From the NCBI RefSeq assembly GCF_964213995.1, contig NC_135804.1, positions 59,768,001 to 59,832,000 on the forward strand: a stretch of 64,000 nucleotides of DNA. Reading direction: 5' to 3'. Numbering within the stretch: position 1 is the stretch's first letter; every line of letters begins with the position of its first letter. This document shows, piece after piece, positions 1-13,112 of the stretch. A program made the translations under genes and the position numbers. The notes beneath the pieces are model-generated. The model did no database searches. It saw nothing but the letters and a program-made list of their open reading frames with translations, and was not told the origin of the DNA. The DNA comes from Mustelus asterias (Eukaryota).

Positions 1-1334
1 GTACGTTCTCAAACGTTGTTCCGTGCAGGGTCAGAAAGAAAAGGCTTGTTTATGTTGGTGGTTCAGAGTGTTCAGCAGCATATACATTGCTGACCAAACT
101 TCGGATGGATTGACCTGAACGGGAGAACAACTGGGGAGGCAATAATTCACGCACAAAGCGTAGAGTTAGCCCACTCAATGACAATGGAGGGAGGTTATGC
201 GTGGGGCAGCAGAATGAGTATATTCGTAACACAATTAACATCAAAACCACCACATGATGGGAGGATTTGAGAAATTGGGGAATTCATGTAAATATTTATC
301 CATGGGCTAAGATTATATCTCATGTATTGGCCTTTGAAGCATCAGAAGATGGAGTGTAATTGATGGACATAACACCTGGTTGATCGCAGATGAGAAAACA
401 CCATCAAGTGCTACGTCATTTGCCGGAATATTGCAATCGCTGCTTTACTTTGTGATCCCTGTGAGAAGAACTGATAAGAGCTGAAGTTGATTTGGGGAAA
501 GACTGCATAACAGGCCTCCAGAGAATGGAATGTTGTTAAAAAATAAATTTAAACAGACGTTGCCTTAGAGACTCACCGTTTACATATTAAAAATTATAAT
601 TATCATGTTATTAATATCATTAGTCAATATTTTAAAAACGTTGTATTAACACAATACTTGTCATAGTCACTCATTCCTGCTGTGTCAAACAGTACGGCTT
701 CGAACATAAGTGAGACTCTAAAAGGGACAATCTGTTCTCATGACATTGCCTCAAACTCTGCAGTGAGGGTTCGGCGGAGCTGCATAAGTTGCTCCTATGC
801 TCCTCTTGCACGGTTGGACGTAACTACAAATGCAAGTGAGTGGTGTTCTGGCGAATCCCGCAACTTGTACATACTCCGCGATCCCCCACCCTCCTCTCCA
901 AATCCTTCCCCTCCACAACCGCGAGGCGGTGCCGGAATGGAGTGATATGGGCGATGGGCGTATGGGCACACCATGTTACCCTCGAAGCCACACAGCATCC
1001 GGATTTGGAACAATACCACTCGTGCTTCACTGTCACTGGGCCAAAAACCAAGAACTTTCTTTCTAACAGCATTGTGAGTATACTCTCATCAGTTGCACTG
1101 CACCCTTCAACGTCAACTTCTGAACAAGTACAGATACACAACAATTGATGCCCATGTGAGGACCCGATCCCATGAAAGAATGTAAAGAAATCTGGCGCTT
1201 ACAAGGCGGCTGGCCCTCACTTGCAGTAGGCATGCTTTACACAGAAGCCATGCTTTACACAGAAGCCTTTCCAGTTGTCTATTTCTGATATTCCAGCAAT
1301 CCTTGGATTGCCCTGTGTTATTTTTTCTCCATGA

Positions 1335-1498
1335 TGGGGAGATGCCGGCGTTGGAGTGGGGTAAACACAGTAAGAAGTCTCACAACACCAGGTTAAAGGC
1401 CGACAGGTTTATTTGGTAGCAAAAGCCACTAACTTTCGGAGCGCTCGCTGCTCCTTCGTCAGGTTGGACTTTAACCTGATGTTGTGAGACTTCTTACT
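1335..1498 (-). mobile_element. Short Penelope pseudo-LTR hairpin element with hammerhead core
   Basis: Inverted arms 1369-1404 / 1463-1498 matching 57140-57180; - strand CTGACGA-A-GGAGC..GCTCC-GAAA. Confidence 0.75.
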
Positions 1499-1904
1499 TA
1501 TTTTTTCTCAGTATTGCTTTATCTCACGGGAATTTCGTGTTCGCTTTTTACATGTGTCGAAATTTGAAGTGAAGGGGTAGTCACTTTTAGACTATCCCAA
1601 AAGGTATCATCGTGCGCCTCCGCAAATGTCAAGTCCCGATCAATGCATACACATTGGCGAAACAAGTTTCGATCTCTTCTAGGAGGTACTAAGCCGTTAA
1701 CATTGTTTATGCGGCGCACAGACCATATGATTCCAGTCCCTAATATGTACTCATCGTTGATGTTGGTGAAGATATATTGACTTTTCTTTGTAATCTATCA
1801 TCCGTGATCATGCTTGATAACTTTGTTATGGACGACAGACCCCTCCGCGATCTCCCACCCTCCTCTCCAAATCCTTCCCCTCCACAACCGGGAGGTGGAG
1901 CCGG

Positions 1905-2237
1905 AATAGTATTTTCACTGGTCTAGTAATCCACAGACTCAGAGTAAAACGCTGGGGACCAGGATTTAAATCCCACCGGAGTAGATTGCGATATCTGAAT
2001 TCAATAAAATCTGGAACTTAATAATCAGTGATGACCAGGAAACTACAATTCACTGTCGTAAATACCGATCTCGTTCACTCATGTCTTTCAGTGCAAGGTT
2101 TCTGTGGTCCACCCCTGGTCTTGTCCACATGTGACTGCAGACCTTTACAAATATGGTTGACACTTAAATGGCCTCCGATGGGCAATAGATGCTGGCCCAG
2201 CCAGCGACCCCCACATCCTATGAATGAATAAAGAAAA
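1905..2237 (+). mobile_element. Deu-type SINE (SacSINE1-like)
   Basis: tRNA-like head CACTGGTCTAGTAATCC..AAATCCCACC; core ACATGTGACTGCAGACC; tail GGGCAATAGATGCTGGCCCAGCCAGCGACCCCCACATCC..AATGAATAAA. Confidence 0.75.
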
Positions 2238-2299
2238 CACGAACGTGTCTGCAGTTCGAATTTGTTCCAAACAGTAGACATCGTGCATTCACTGTTTTA

Positions 2300-2610
2300 A
2301 AGTAATAAAGCTTATTTATTAGTCACGAGTAGGCTTACATTCACACTGCAATGAAGTTACTGGGAAAATCCCCTCGTCGCCACATTCTGGCACCTGTTCG
2401 GGTTACACTGAGGGAGAATTTGGCATCGGCAATTCACCTAACCTGCACATCTTTAGACTGTGGGAGAAAACCGGAGCATCCGGAGGAAGCCCACGCAGAC
2501 ACGGGGAGAATTTGCAAACTCCACACAGACAGTGAACTCAAGCCTGGAATCGAACCTGGGTCCCTGGCGCTGTGAGGCAGCAGTACTAATCACCGTGCCA
2601 CCGTGCCGCC
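2300..2610 (-). mobile_element. tRNA-derived V-SINE (HE1-like head and core)
   Basis: - strand GGCGGCACGGTGGCACGGTGATTAG (A box)..GGTTCGATTCC (B box)..V-core TCTGTGTGGAGTTTGCA..GGGCTTCCTCCGG; tail AAGCCTACTCGTGACTAATAAA. Confidence 0.85.
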
Positions 2611-2719
2611 TGAGTTTTGTACATCAAGACCAACACTTTTTGCGATCTCAGCTTTGAACACAATTGTTAATCCACTGCTCTCTGTTCGTTCATTTGATAA
2701 TACCTGCCAGATTTAATTT

Positions 2720-3035
2720 TTGCTGGACAGTTGTGCTGTTTTTTTGATTTTGATATTCTTTCCATTTGGGTCCGTTTTCGTGCGGGCGGTGAGAGACAAG
2801 GGCCAGCACCTGGATCTAACCAAGCTATCGATTATCAAATTCAGGCAGCGTGCGATCGAGGGGTCCTCTGTCCCGACAGTCTGCTCCTCTATCGTGGCTA
2901 TTTTCGCGGTCAGATGTCCCTGAAAATGGAGCACACCGTGCCCACCGGCAGCACTGAGGCCTTCTGCACTCAATGGGCACCGGGGGACTGAGGTGTTTTA
3001 CCGATGCCTTTAATCACATTATCTTTTCTTTGATA
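2720..3035 (+). mobile_element. Tx1/L1-clade LINE 3' fragment
   Basis: Frameshifted C-terminus LTKLSIIKFRQRAIEG / LLYRGYFRGQMSLKMEHTVPTGSTEAFCTQWAP, recognised as Tx1-like ORF2 end. Confidence 0.55.
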
Positions 3036-4409
3036 TCTATTTACGTTGATGCAATACCCCTCTGACGGGTTGCCTTTTAATTGAGCTCTGAACTTGTTTA
3101 TTTGATGAATGCAAAAGTAACACGCAACATTGCTGTTGGTGTCTTCAAGCTTCCTTTTCATTTGGAGGCAAATGTGGGTTCCTTCCTGCCATCATTTATT
3201 ACCTTTGCCTTGCCGCCGTTCTCAGAGTCAGAAAGTCTTAAATTTTCGTCTAATTACATTTTCATTGGTGTTTACTTTGTGTAAATATTTAACAACGGAA
3301 AGGTTTGTGTTCTGATTGGTTGTTCCATTTTCATTTCAAATTTGGAGTACATGTTTGCTGCAACATGGATCTTCCCGTTGCGGTGGGTGAGTGATCAAAT
3401 GTCTTCATTAAACTCCGGGTCAAGTTTTACAGGGTGAACTGGTAACGGTACCATAATGGGAGGCTGTAGCAGATACTATGTGGATTACCGTCATCCTTCA
3501 GAGCTCTCATCAATGCAAAAACCTACCCTCTTTGAACACACTGCGCACAAAGGAGTATCAGTAAAATTTAAATTAATGATTTTAGATTAGTTCTCCACTG
3601 GCGTATTCCTATCAATGATTTAATTGCAGGCAGGGGGTCAATCGCCCCAGCCACTGGGCAACGCTGCGGGAATTCGTCAGGCTCGATGACCAGCCATCTT
3701 GAACATTTTATCTGTTTATCAATGACCTTCACCTCATTGTAAAGTTAGAAATAATAATGTTCGCTAATGCTTATTAAATACTAATTTTTCTTCGCAGTTC
3801 CTCATATAATGCAAGTCCTATGGACGTATGCAGCAAGGCCTCGAAAACTTCCGTATATTCACACCGCACAGATGCCAGGCAATGACAATCTCTCACATGA
3901 AAAAGGACAACTCGCACGTTCTGATATTAATTGGGACTTCCATCATTAAGCCCCCACCATTAAATTCGCGAGATCATATGGGATTGTAGTTCCTATTACT
4001 CAGAAATTAATTTAATTAGACCTCTCATATAAATGCAATCGCTACAGCAACATGCCAGAGGTTAGTAAATCAGCAATGGGTAACTCGCCTCCCCAAAATC
4101 AGTTCCACAATACCAATTGGCACATGGTGGAATGCTCTGAGTGCGTGGACAATTGTATCGCCAACAATATATAGGAAGGTTGTAAGCAACCAGGACCAAG
4201 CAGGAAGCTAATTTATATGGCTGCAGTGTGTACCATCTAAAAGCAAGTACATTTCATTCCAACAAATTGCCAAGACTGATTCGACTTAAAAGGGCAAGGA
4301 ACATAGATGTGTGGTAAAAACATCGCCTCTAATTTCCATTGCAAATCACACATCACCTTGAGAACTATCACCCTTCCTTTATTGATAATGATTCAAAATT
4401 TTGGAAGTT

Positions 4410-4793
4410 GGTTCCTGCCACTGCCAAACGAACAACCCCCTTGCCCCCAGACGCCCCACGGCGCCCCAGTGACCTCCAGTTCCACCGCCGTGAACCTCGC
4501 ATCTGGGGACCAGCTGTGATTCTTGCTGGAGAGAAGCACTCCCGGCGAGACCACAGAGACAACTGAGCCCCGACGATAACGTCCGGGCTCGTTAATTCAA
4601 TGCAACATGCATTTACATTTAATTTAAATGATTTATTCACCCTTGCAGCGGAAATGGGCAAGAGCATGACCTCGCTGGATATCCGGTGCCGGTATATTTG
4701 CAAGTGGTATCGGCGAGATATCGGGCTCTCTCGCAATCTTACCCGTTCGCTCCGCCCACCGGCTTGTGGGGCACAACGGTATGATCGCCCCCC
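4410..4793. mobile_element. GC-rich MITE-like fragment
   Basis: GC-rich block with a central AT-rich core and a GATCGCCCCC end, similar in layout to 8261-9302. Confidence 0.4.
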
Positions 4794-7700
4794 AAGTGTC
4801 AGATCAAGCGAAAGATAAGGTTCAATGCTTCATCTTGGACCTATGAATTGGATTCAGTCGCATTCTCATTTGGTTTTTGGAGCAAGCAAGGAATGGATTT
4901 TGGTCTGTCTGGTCTTCTCTGAGCATTGACTTTGCAACATTAAGAATGGAGCAACAACACAGAATTAAAAAGAACGAATGAATTAGCTTAAATGTTACCA
5001 ACTGAAATATTTAAATATGGCAAGATGCAATTCTTAACGGCTAACATATGTCTATTAGTCCCAATTTAAAAAGGATTCCTCACAGACTTAAACTCCTCTT
5101 TAAAATCAGATGGCAGTATTGCAGGCTTAGGAGCTGGTTGGTTGGCTGCCCGGCCTCAAAGCTTTGAAGACTTCTGCAGATTGAGAGACAGAATTACACC
5201 TGTCTTCTGACACTCAAGCAGCAGCCTCCAGAGAGAAACAGCGAGTTCTCTTGCTTCTTTCAAAGCCAAGCCAAGCCCACCTGATTTTCTCAGTCCATAG
5301 CTAAACTTTAAATATACCCAACTCAAGAAAGATGACGTAAATCAATGTCTTAAAGGTACAGTATCATCACACATTCCTTTATAAAATGAATCAACAATGT
5401 CAAAAGATGGCTTCTTTTTCAAAACATCTAGTTTCATACGATAAGTTCTCTACAATATATATATTTTATTAAATCGAACCATGCCACCATAACAGTGGTA
5501 TAATCCAGTTCAGTTCATCTTTTCCAACATTGACATTCCTTCTCCTTTCATCGATGTCATGATAAAGCATCAGCAATAGCAGTCTCTCTTCGCGTAATTT
5601 TCAAATTAAGTGGCTAAAATAATAAATTCCATGTACAAAGTCTTGCATTCTTATCTTTAAATTTCTCCAGAAACGCCCATGTATTATTGTTAGTCAAAGC
5701 AATTGTCTCTGATGAATTGATGGCAATATAAATGTTAATATGTTGCCATGCCAATGCCAAGTTCAACGTCTCTTTCTCAGTGGTAAAATATCTCTTTAGA
5801 GGATTATTTAGCTTTCTGGAAAAACACCCAATAGGCCTTTCCATCCTTTCATCGTCTTCTTGCAATAGTACAGTACCAGTACCCACATTACCCCCATCAA
5901 TAGCCACCTCAAAGGGATTTACATAATTCAGTGTTGTCAATACAGGTGCAGTTGTGATCACAGCTTTCAGTGTGTCAAATGCCTACTGACGCTCAGCCAT
6001 CCACAGAAAATTTCAGGGTTTTTTGAAAGCTTTTCAATGCAACCACAATGCTAAAACTTGGCACACATTTCCTGTAGTAATCACTTAGACCCAGGAATTA
6101 CAGTAGTTCCCTTTTCATCGACAGTTTTGAGAACTCCCCCATAACCTTTGCTCTTACGTTCTATGGGGCCATCTATCTATCCATCCGATTTTATGTCCGA
6201 GGAACATGAGTTAGGCTTTTGCAAATGCAATCTGAGCCAAGTTTGCCACCAAGTCCACTTCTTGAAGTTGATCAAACAATTCCTTTAGATGTTCCAAGAG
6301 TTCCTTCCAAGTCTGAATGAAAACGACCAGATCATCTATGTATACTGCACAATTTGTTAGTCCAGAAATGACCTTATTGGATAGTCTTTGGAATTATGCT
6401 GATGCATCCTCCATTCCAAAATGGCAAGACTTTAAACTAGTATAGATGATTTGCTGTCACGTCAGCTGAAATCTCCTTCACTCTTCTGGATAATGATACT
6501 TACCAGTATGCTTAAGTAAGTCAAGTCTAGGGATGTCATTAACTTGTCCCACCTTCATAGTGCAGTCTTGCCATCGAGGAATGGGACACAAATGTAACTT
6601 CACTTCTGCATGATATTTCTATAGTCGACACACAAGCGTTGGGTACCATCTGGTTTTGGTATCATCACGATGGGTGAGCTCCACTCCCTACAACGCACAA
6701 CGCAATGTAGGAAATGCTGTTCCAATTAAGCAACATCTGTCTAGACTTAATACACAAAAGTTGGCATACGTTCAAAAGCAGATTGAAAGGTGCTTAAAAA
6801 TGATACCATTGCCTACATCTATTCCATGCACAATTCCTTCAGTACTTCTTTGTTTATTCCCACATCTATCACCATGTGATTGTCATAACACTTTGTGATC
6901 ATTTTGATCTTTCTCGGGAACATGCCTTCATAGTATTTTTTATCTATTTTGAATGCTCCCTTATTGTTCAATCTACTTTGAGGAAGGCAGAATTCAGAAT
7001 CACCTGGGATGGTTTCTTCACCCTAAGCTATATCGGATATTACATCCTCCTTCTTCTTACCTCTCCTCTCGCCTGACTCAATTTTCTCTGCAGTTGATAA
7101 CGCCCACGAAACCTTACTTCTAATGGCTAACCTACCACTGGTAATAATATTAGTACTTTGTCCCCCATGAGCAATATTACGAATTTTTGATTTCTTTTCG
7201 GTTTCCTATTTCATGCTGTGCCACTTTAAAATGCGGTCTAGCCAAATCACCAACACTTGTGAATTTTTTCCTGAAGTTTGACACATACTCCAAAAATATG
7301 TTCTCAAAACGCCGACTCATCAATTTCCCCTTTATCAATTTCAATGGTTCTCTTACCTGATGACAAAAATTGAAATTAAAACAACTGAACTTAGTTGATT
7401 CATAAGATTTATCCCGAATTGCACAAATGATAATTGTAATTCCTTCATCCCAATCCTCTAGATAGGCCTGACTCAAGGCACTCAACATGGTCTTTAAGCT
7501 TGAATACCATCGTTCCAATGCTCCCTGTGATTCTGGATGGTAAAGAATTGATTTAAACTGCTTTACTCCTGAGTTATGCATCACACTCTGAATATCTTCG
7601 ACAGAAAATTTGACCATTGGGCTGATTAAGTTTTTCTGGGTAGTCTATATCTGGTAAAAAAAAACAATTAACTCTCCTACAGTCCTTTTAGCTGTAATAC

Positions 7701-8260
7701 TACGTAATGGAATGGCCTCTAGAAACCTAGTAGGCACATCCATTATGGTCAAGAAATATTAATTCCCAAATTTTCTTTTCGGTGGGAGGGAGTCCCACGC
7801 CATCAATTAGGATCCTCATAAAGGTTCCACAAATGTCAGAATGGGCGTCGATTAACCCTTAAGGTTTTTCTATTACCTGATATGTGTGACATCTGTGCAA
7901 AATTCAGCTAAGCCAATAAAAACGTTTCTGTGGTTTTGTTTGAGTATTTCTCACTCCTTAACGATCTCCTACTGGTACCTCTTGTGCTATCTACAACACC
8001 TCCTTTCTATAACTTACTGGTAATACAACTTAATAAACAGTATTCATCTGCCTGAACATGGAAAGCTCTCCACTTCCTCATCAACATTTAATTTTTAATG
8101 TAACAACACTCTAATATTCACTCAGATTCTTCCCATGTATATGCGTTCTCATACAGCTCCCTTACCTCTACATCTTTCCATTGCAATTCCTCCAACATCC
8201 CTGACCTAAAGATATCTAATTCGTCCTCCGTATGTACTTGTTTTTTTATGGTTGAGCATT

Positions 8261-9302
8261 GGCCTCGATTCTCCCATCGCCACCCGCAATTTTTCTGTCG
8301 GGCGTCGAGATGCGCGTCGCCGGCCTTGAACAGGGATTTGCGCATGTGCTGGGAACGCATGCTCATCTCCCAGAGCCGGCGAGCAGTCGCTGGTCAGACC
8401 ACGCTGGAAGCCGGCGGGAAGGCAAGTAAGTAATTTAAATATTTATGAAATATCTTTTAAATATGTTAATTAGTTCGTTATCAGGACCGTTCAGGTCCCG
8501 ATCGAATCTCCCACCCCGCCAGGAGTACTTCATGCCGGCGGGGTTCAGACTTGGTCCCCACGTTCGGGGAACTAACGGGAGACCGCGCTGGAATGGAGGC
8601 AAACTCGGGACCCCCCAGGCGTTCGGGCGGCGGGGGGGGGGTGGGGGGGAGGTGCCCCTGAGCATGGGCACCCTGACAGTGCCAGCCTGTGCCCCCTGGC
8701 ACTGCCCAAGGGACAAAGTGCCCATGCCCGTGGGCACCTTGGCACTGCCCATCGGGCATTGGGCAGTGCCAAGGGAGAGGGGCATATTGTGGGCGGGGCC
8801 TTGGGGCGATCGGTGGGGTGGGAGGGGGGGGGGGTCCGGCTGCTTCAGGATCGGCCTGGGATGAAGGGAGGGCAGCGATTGCGGGAAGCTGGGGGGGCGT
8901 GTTCTGCGGGGGGGGGGGGGCTGTCTCCGGTGGGGGGTCTGACCCCGGAGGGGGTCGGGGGTGTCTTCCGGGGTGAGAAGGGTAGGGGGATCGCCACTGC
9001 TGGGAGGGTTGCGCATCGGGGCGCTCGGGGGGCGGGGGGGGGGGGGTGCAGAGGGGCGACGGGGACGGTCCGCGCTGGCCAGGAAATTGCTGTGAGGGCC
9101 ACGATCGGGCCATAGCGGGAAAGGGGAGTTGGAGGAGCAGCAGTGCGGTGGTCCCGGACTGGCCAGCGATCGGGTTGGATTCATGACTGGGACCTCTGCA
9201 GTGCGCAGATTGCGGAGAATCAGGTGAGAAGCTGAACTGTCAAAGCAGCAGGGATTTAGAACAGTTTTGCTACCAATTCAGCACTTTTGGGAAAATCCGC
9301 CC
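8261..9302. mobile_element. GC-rich non-autonomous DNA transposon (MITE, PIF/Harbinger-like ends) inside the Gypsy element
   Basis: Imperfect terminal inverted repeats GGCCTCGATTCTCCCA / TGGGAAAATCCGCCC; abrupt GC shift; long G-runs; Gypsy sequence on both sides. Confidence 0.6.
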
Positions 9303-9691
9303 CCCTCCCCCTCCCCGCCAATTATTTCTGAACTTCAACGTCTTTATCGTCACTGTGTTTTCTCCTCCTGCCTCAAAATGTGACTTTGTGACTTTGTTCC
9401 GAAACATCTCATCATATGATTCATGCAACAGCTCAGTTGTTTGATTTTCCACTGGCTTTTCAACTACAGTAGGCGCTGCTGTCCTCCAGCTACATCGTTC
9501 GGCAGGATAAACTGTATTCCTGAAAAAGATAATTTCTTTGTCACTTATATCAGCACTTCAGCCTTTTTCACCGGGCTTTCCAGCCTTAACTTAAATATTG
9601 GAACACAGCTCTTTTCACAATGAATTCCATATATAACCAAGTTTCCCGACAATACTCCTTCTCAACTACATCTCTGCTCATCACTCACCAT

Positions 9692-12600
9692 TAGAACATA
9701 ACATAGAACAGTACAGCACAGAACAGGCCCTTCGGCCCACGATGTTGTGCCGAGCTTTATCTGAAACCAAGATCAAGCTATCCCACTCCCTATCATCCTG
9801 GTGTGCTCCATGTGCCTATCCAATAACCGCTTAAATGTTCCTAAAGTGTCTGACTCCACTATCACTGCAGGCAGTCCATTCCACACCCCAACCACTCTCT
9901 GCGTAAAGAACCTACCTCTGACATCCTTCCTATATCTCCCACCATGAACCCTATAGTTATGCCCCCTTATAATAGCTCCATCCACCCGAGGAAATCGTCT
10001 TTGAACGTTCACTCTATCTATCCCCTTCATCATTTTATAAACCTCTATTAAGTCTCCCCTCAGTCTCTTCCGCTCCAGAGAGAACAGCCCTAGCTCCCTC
10101 AACCTTTCCTCATAAGACCTACCCTCCAAACCAGGCAGCATCCTGGTAAATCTCCTCTGCACTCTTTCCAGCGCTTCCACATCCTTCTTATAGTGAGGTG
10201 ACCAGAACTGCACACAATATTCCAAATGTGGTCTCACCAAGGTCCTGTACAGTTGCAGCATAACCCCATGGCTCTTAAACTCCAACCCCCTGTTAATAAA
10301 AGCTATCACACAAAAGGCCTTCTTCACAGCTCTATCCACTTGAGTGGCAACCTTCAGAGATCTGTGGATATGGGCTCCAAGAACTCTCTGTTCCTCCACA
10401 GTCTTCAGAACCCTACCTTTGACCCTGTAATCCACATTTAAATCAGTCCTACCAAAATGAATCACCTCACATTTATCAGGGCTAAACTCCATTTGCCATT
10501 TTTCAGCCCAGCTTTGCATCCTATCTATGTCTCTTTGCAGCCTACAACAGCCCTCCACCGCATCCACTACTCCACCAATCTTGGTGTCATCAGCAAATTT
10601 ACTGATCCACCCTTCACCCCCCTCCTCTAAGTCATTAATAAAAATCACAAAGAGGAGAGGACCAAGCACTGATCCCTGTGGCACTCCGCTAGCAACCTGC
10701 CTCCAGTTCGAAAATTTTCCATCCACCACCACCCTCTGTCTTCGATCAGATAGCCAGTTACCTATACAATCGGCCAACTTTCCCTCTATCCCACACCTCC
10801 TCACTTTCATCATAAGCCGACCATGGGGGACCTTAGCAAACGCCTTACTAAAATCCATGTATATGACATCAACTGCCCTACCTTCATCAACACACTTAGT
10901 TACCTCCGCAAAATATTTAATCAAATTTGTGAGGCACGACTTGCTCTTCACGAATCCGTGCTGACTATCCCGGATTAATCCGCATCTTTCTAAATGTTCG
11001 TAAATCCCATCCCTAAGGACCTTTTCCATCAATTTACCTACCACCGAAGTAAGACTAACCGGTCTATAATTACCAGGGTCATTTCTATTCCCTTTCTTAA
11101 ACAGAGGAACAACATTCGCCACTCTCCAGTCCTCTGGCACCATCCCCGTGGACAGTGAGGACCCAAAGATCAAAGCCAAAGGCTCTGCAATCTCATCCCT
11201 TGCCTCCCAAAGAATCCTAGGATACATTTTATCAGGCCCAGGGGACTTATCGACCTTCAGTTTATTCAAAACTGCCAGTACATCCTCCCTCCGAACATCT
11301 ATTTCCTCCAGCCTATTAGCCTGTAACACCTTCGCTTCCTCAAAAACATGGCCCCTCTCCTTGGTGAACACTGAAGAAAAGTATTAATTCATCACCTCGC
11401 ATATCTCTACTGACTCCATACACAAGTTCCCACAACTATCCTTGACCGGCCCTAACCTCACCCTGGTCATTCTTTTATTCCTCACATAAGAGTAAAAAGG
11501 CTTGAGGTTTTCCTTGATCCGACCCGCCAAGGACTTCTCTTGTCCCCTCCTCGCTCTCCTAAGCCCCTTTTTCAGCTCATTCCTTGCTAACTTGTAACCC
11601 TCAATCGAGCCATCTGAACCTTGTTTCCTCATCCCGACATAAGCTTCCCTCTTCTTTTTCACAAGACATTCCACCTCTTTCGTGAACCATGGTTCCCTCA
11701 CTCGGCCATTTCCCCCCTACCTGACAGGGACATACCTATCAAGGACACCCAGTATTTGTTCCTTGAAAACGTTCCACTTTTCATTAGTGCCTTTCCCTGA
11801 CAGTTTCTGTTCCCAACTTATGCCCCCTAATTCTTGCCTAATCGCATCATAATTACCTCTCCCCCAATTGTAAACCTTGCCCTGCCGTACGGCCCTATCC
11901 CTCTCCATTGCAATAACAACAGACACCGAATTGTGGTCACTATCTCAAAAGTTCTCTCCCACAACCAAATCTAACACTTGGCCCGGTTCATTTCCCAGTA
12001 CCAAATCCAATGTGGCCTCACCTCTTGTCGGCCTATCCACATATTGTGTCAGGAAACCCTCCTGCACACACTGCACAAAAACTGCCCCATCCGAACTATT
12101 TGACCTACAAAGGTTCCAATCAATATTTGGAAAGTTAAAGTCCCCGACGACAACTACCCTGTGACCTCCACACATATCCATAATCTGCTTAGCAATTTCT
12201 TCCTCCACATCTCTATTACTATTTGGGGGCCTATAGTAAACTCCTAACAACGTGACCGCTCCTTTCCTATTTCTAACGTCAGCCCATATTACCTCAGTGT
12301 GCAGATCCCCCTCGAAGTGCCTTTCCGCAGCCATTAAACTATCCTTGATTAACAATGCCACTCCTCCATCTCTTTTACCAGCTTCCCTACACTTACTGAA
12401 ACATCTACACCCTGGAACGTCCAACAACCATTCCTGTCATTGTTCTACCCACGTCTCCGTAATGGCCACAACATCGTAGTCCCAAGTACCAATCCACGCC
12501 CCAAGTTCACCTACCTTGTTCTGGATGTTCCTTGCATTGAAGTAGACACGCTTCAACCCACCTTCCTGTCTAACAGTACCCACCCTTGACCCTGATACCT

Positions 12601-13112
12601 TCCCCAATACCTCACCACCCTCACTGACTTCTGGACGACAACTCCTTTTCCCACTCCCCTGACAAATTAGTTTAAACCCCCCTGAAGAGCCGTATCAAAT
12701 TTCCCTCCCAGGATGTTGGTGCCCTTCTGGTTCAGGTGCACCCCGCCCTGTTTGTACAGGTCCCACCTTCCCCAGAATGTGTTCCAATTGTCCACGTATC
12801 TGAAACCCTCCCTCCTACACCATCCCTGCAACCACATGTTTAACTGCACTCTCTCCCTGTTCCTCAACTCGCTATCACGTGGCACCGGCAACGTACCAGA
12901 GATGACCACATGTTTTGTCTTGGCTCTCAGCTTCCAGCCCAGCTCCCGAAATTCCTGTTTTAAATCCCCGTCCCTTCTCTTACCTATGTCGTTGGTACCA
13001 ATGTGTACCACGACTTGTGACTGTTTCCCCTCCCCATTAAGAATCCGGAAAACACAGTCTGAGATGTCACGGACCTTGGCATCCGGTAGGCAACATACCA
13101 TCCGTGAGTCTC
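9692..13112 (-). mobile_element. CR1 LINE, near full length (ORF1 SGNH-esterase C-terminal part, APE, RT), inserted in the Gypsy protease
   Basis: VVVHIGTNDIG (12667-13101); YYRPPN/VGDFNFP endonuclease; 532-aa RT ORF 9773-11371 with PQGSVLGP and FADD; ATGTT/CTATGTT-type 3' tail. Confidence 0.95.

Noticed and set aside
2540-2610. tRNA-like A/B boxes (also ~15590-15658, ~43855-43893, ~58195-58260)
   Set aside because: SINE heads continuing into SINE cores, not tRNA genes.
8118-9184. Cluster of long Pro/Gly-rich ORFs on both strands (up to 249 aa)
   Set aside because: By-product of the GC-rich, G-run MITE (few stop codons); no domain signature, overlapping in all frames.
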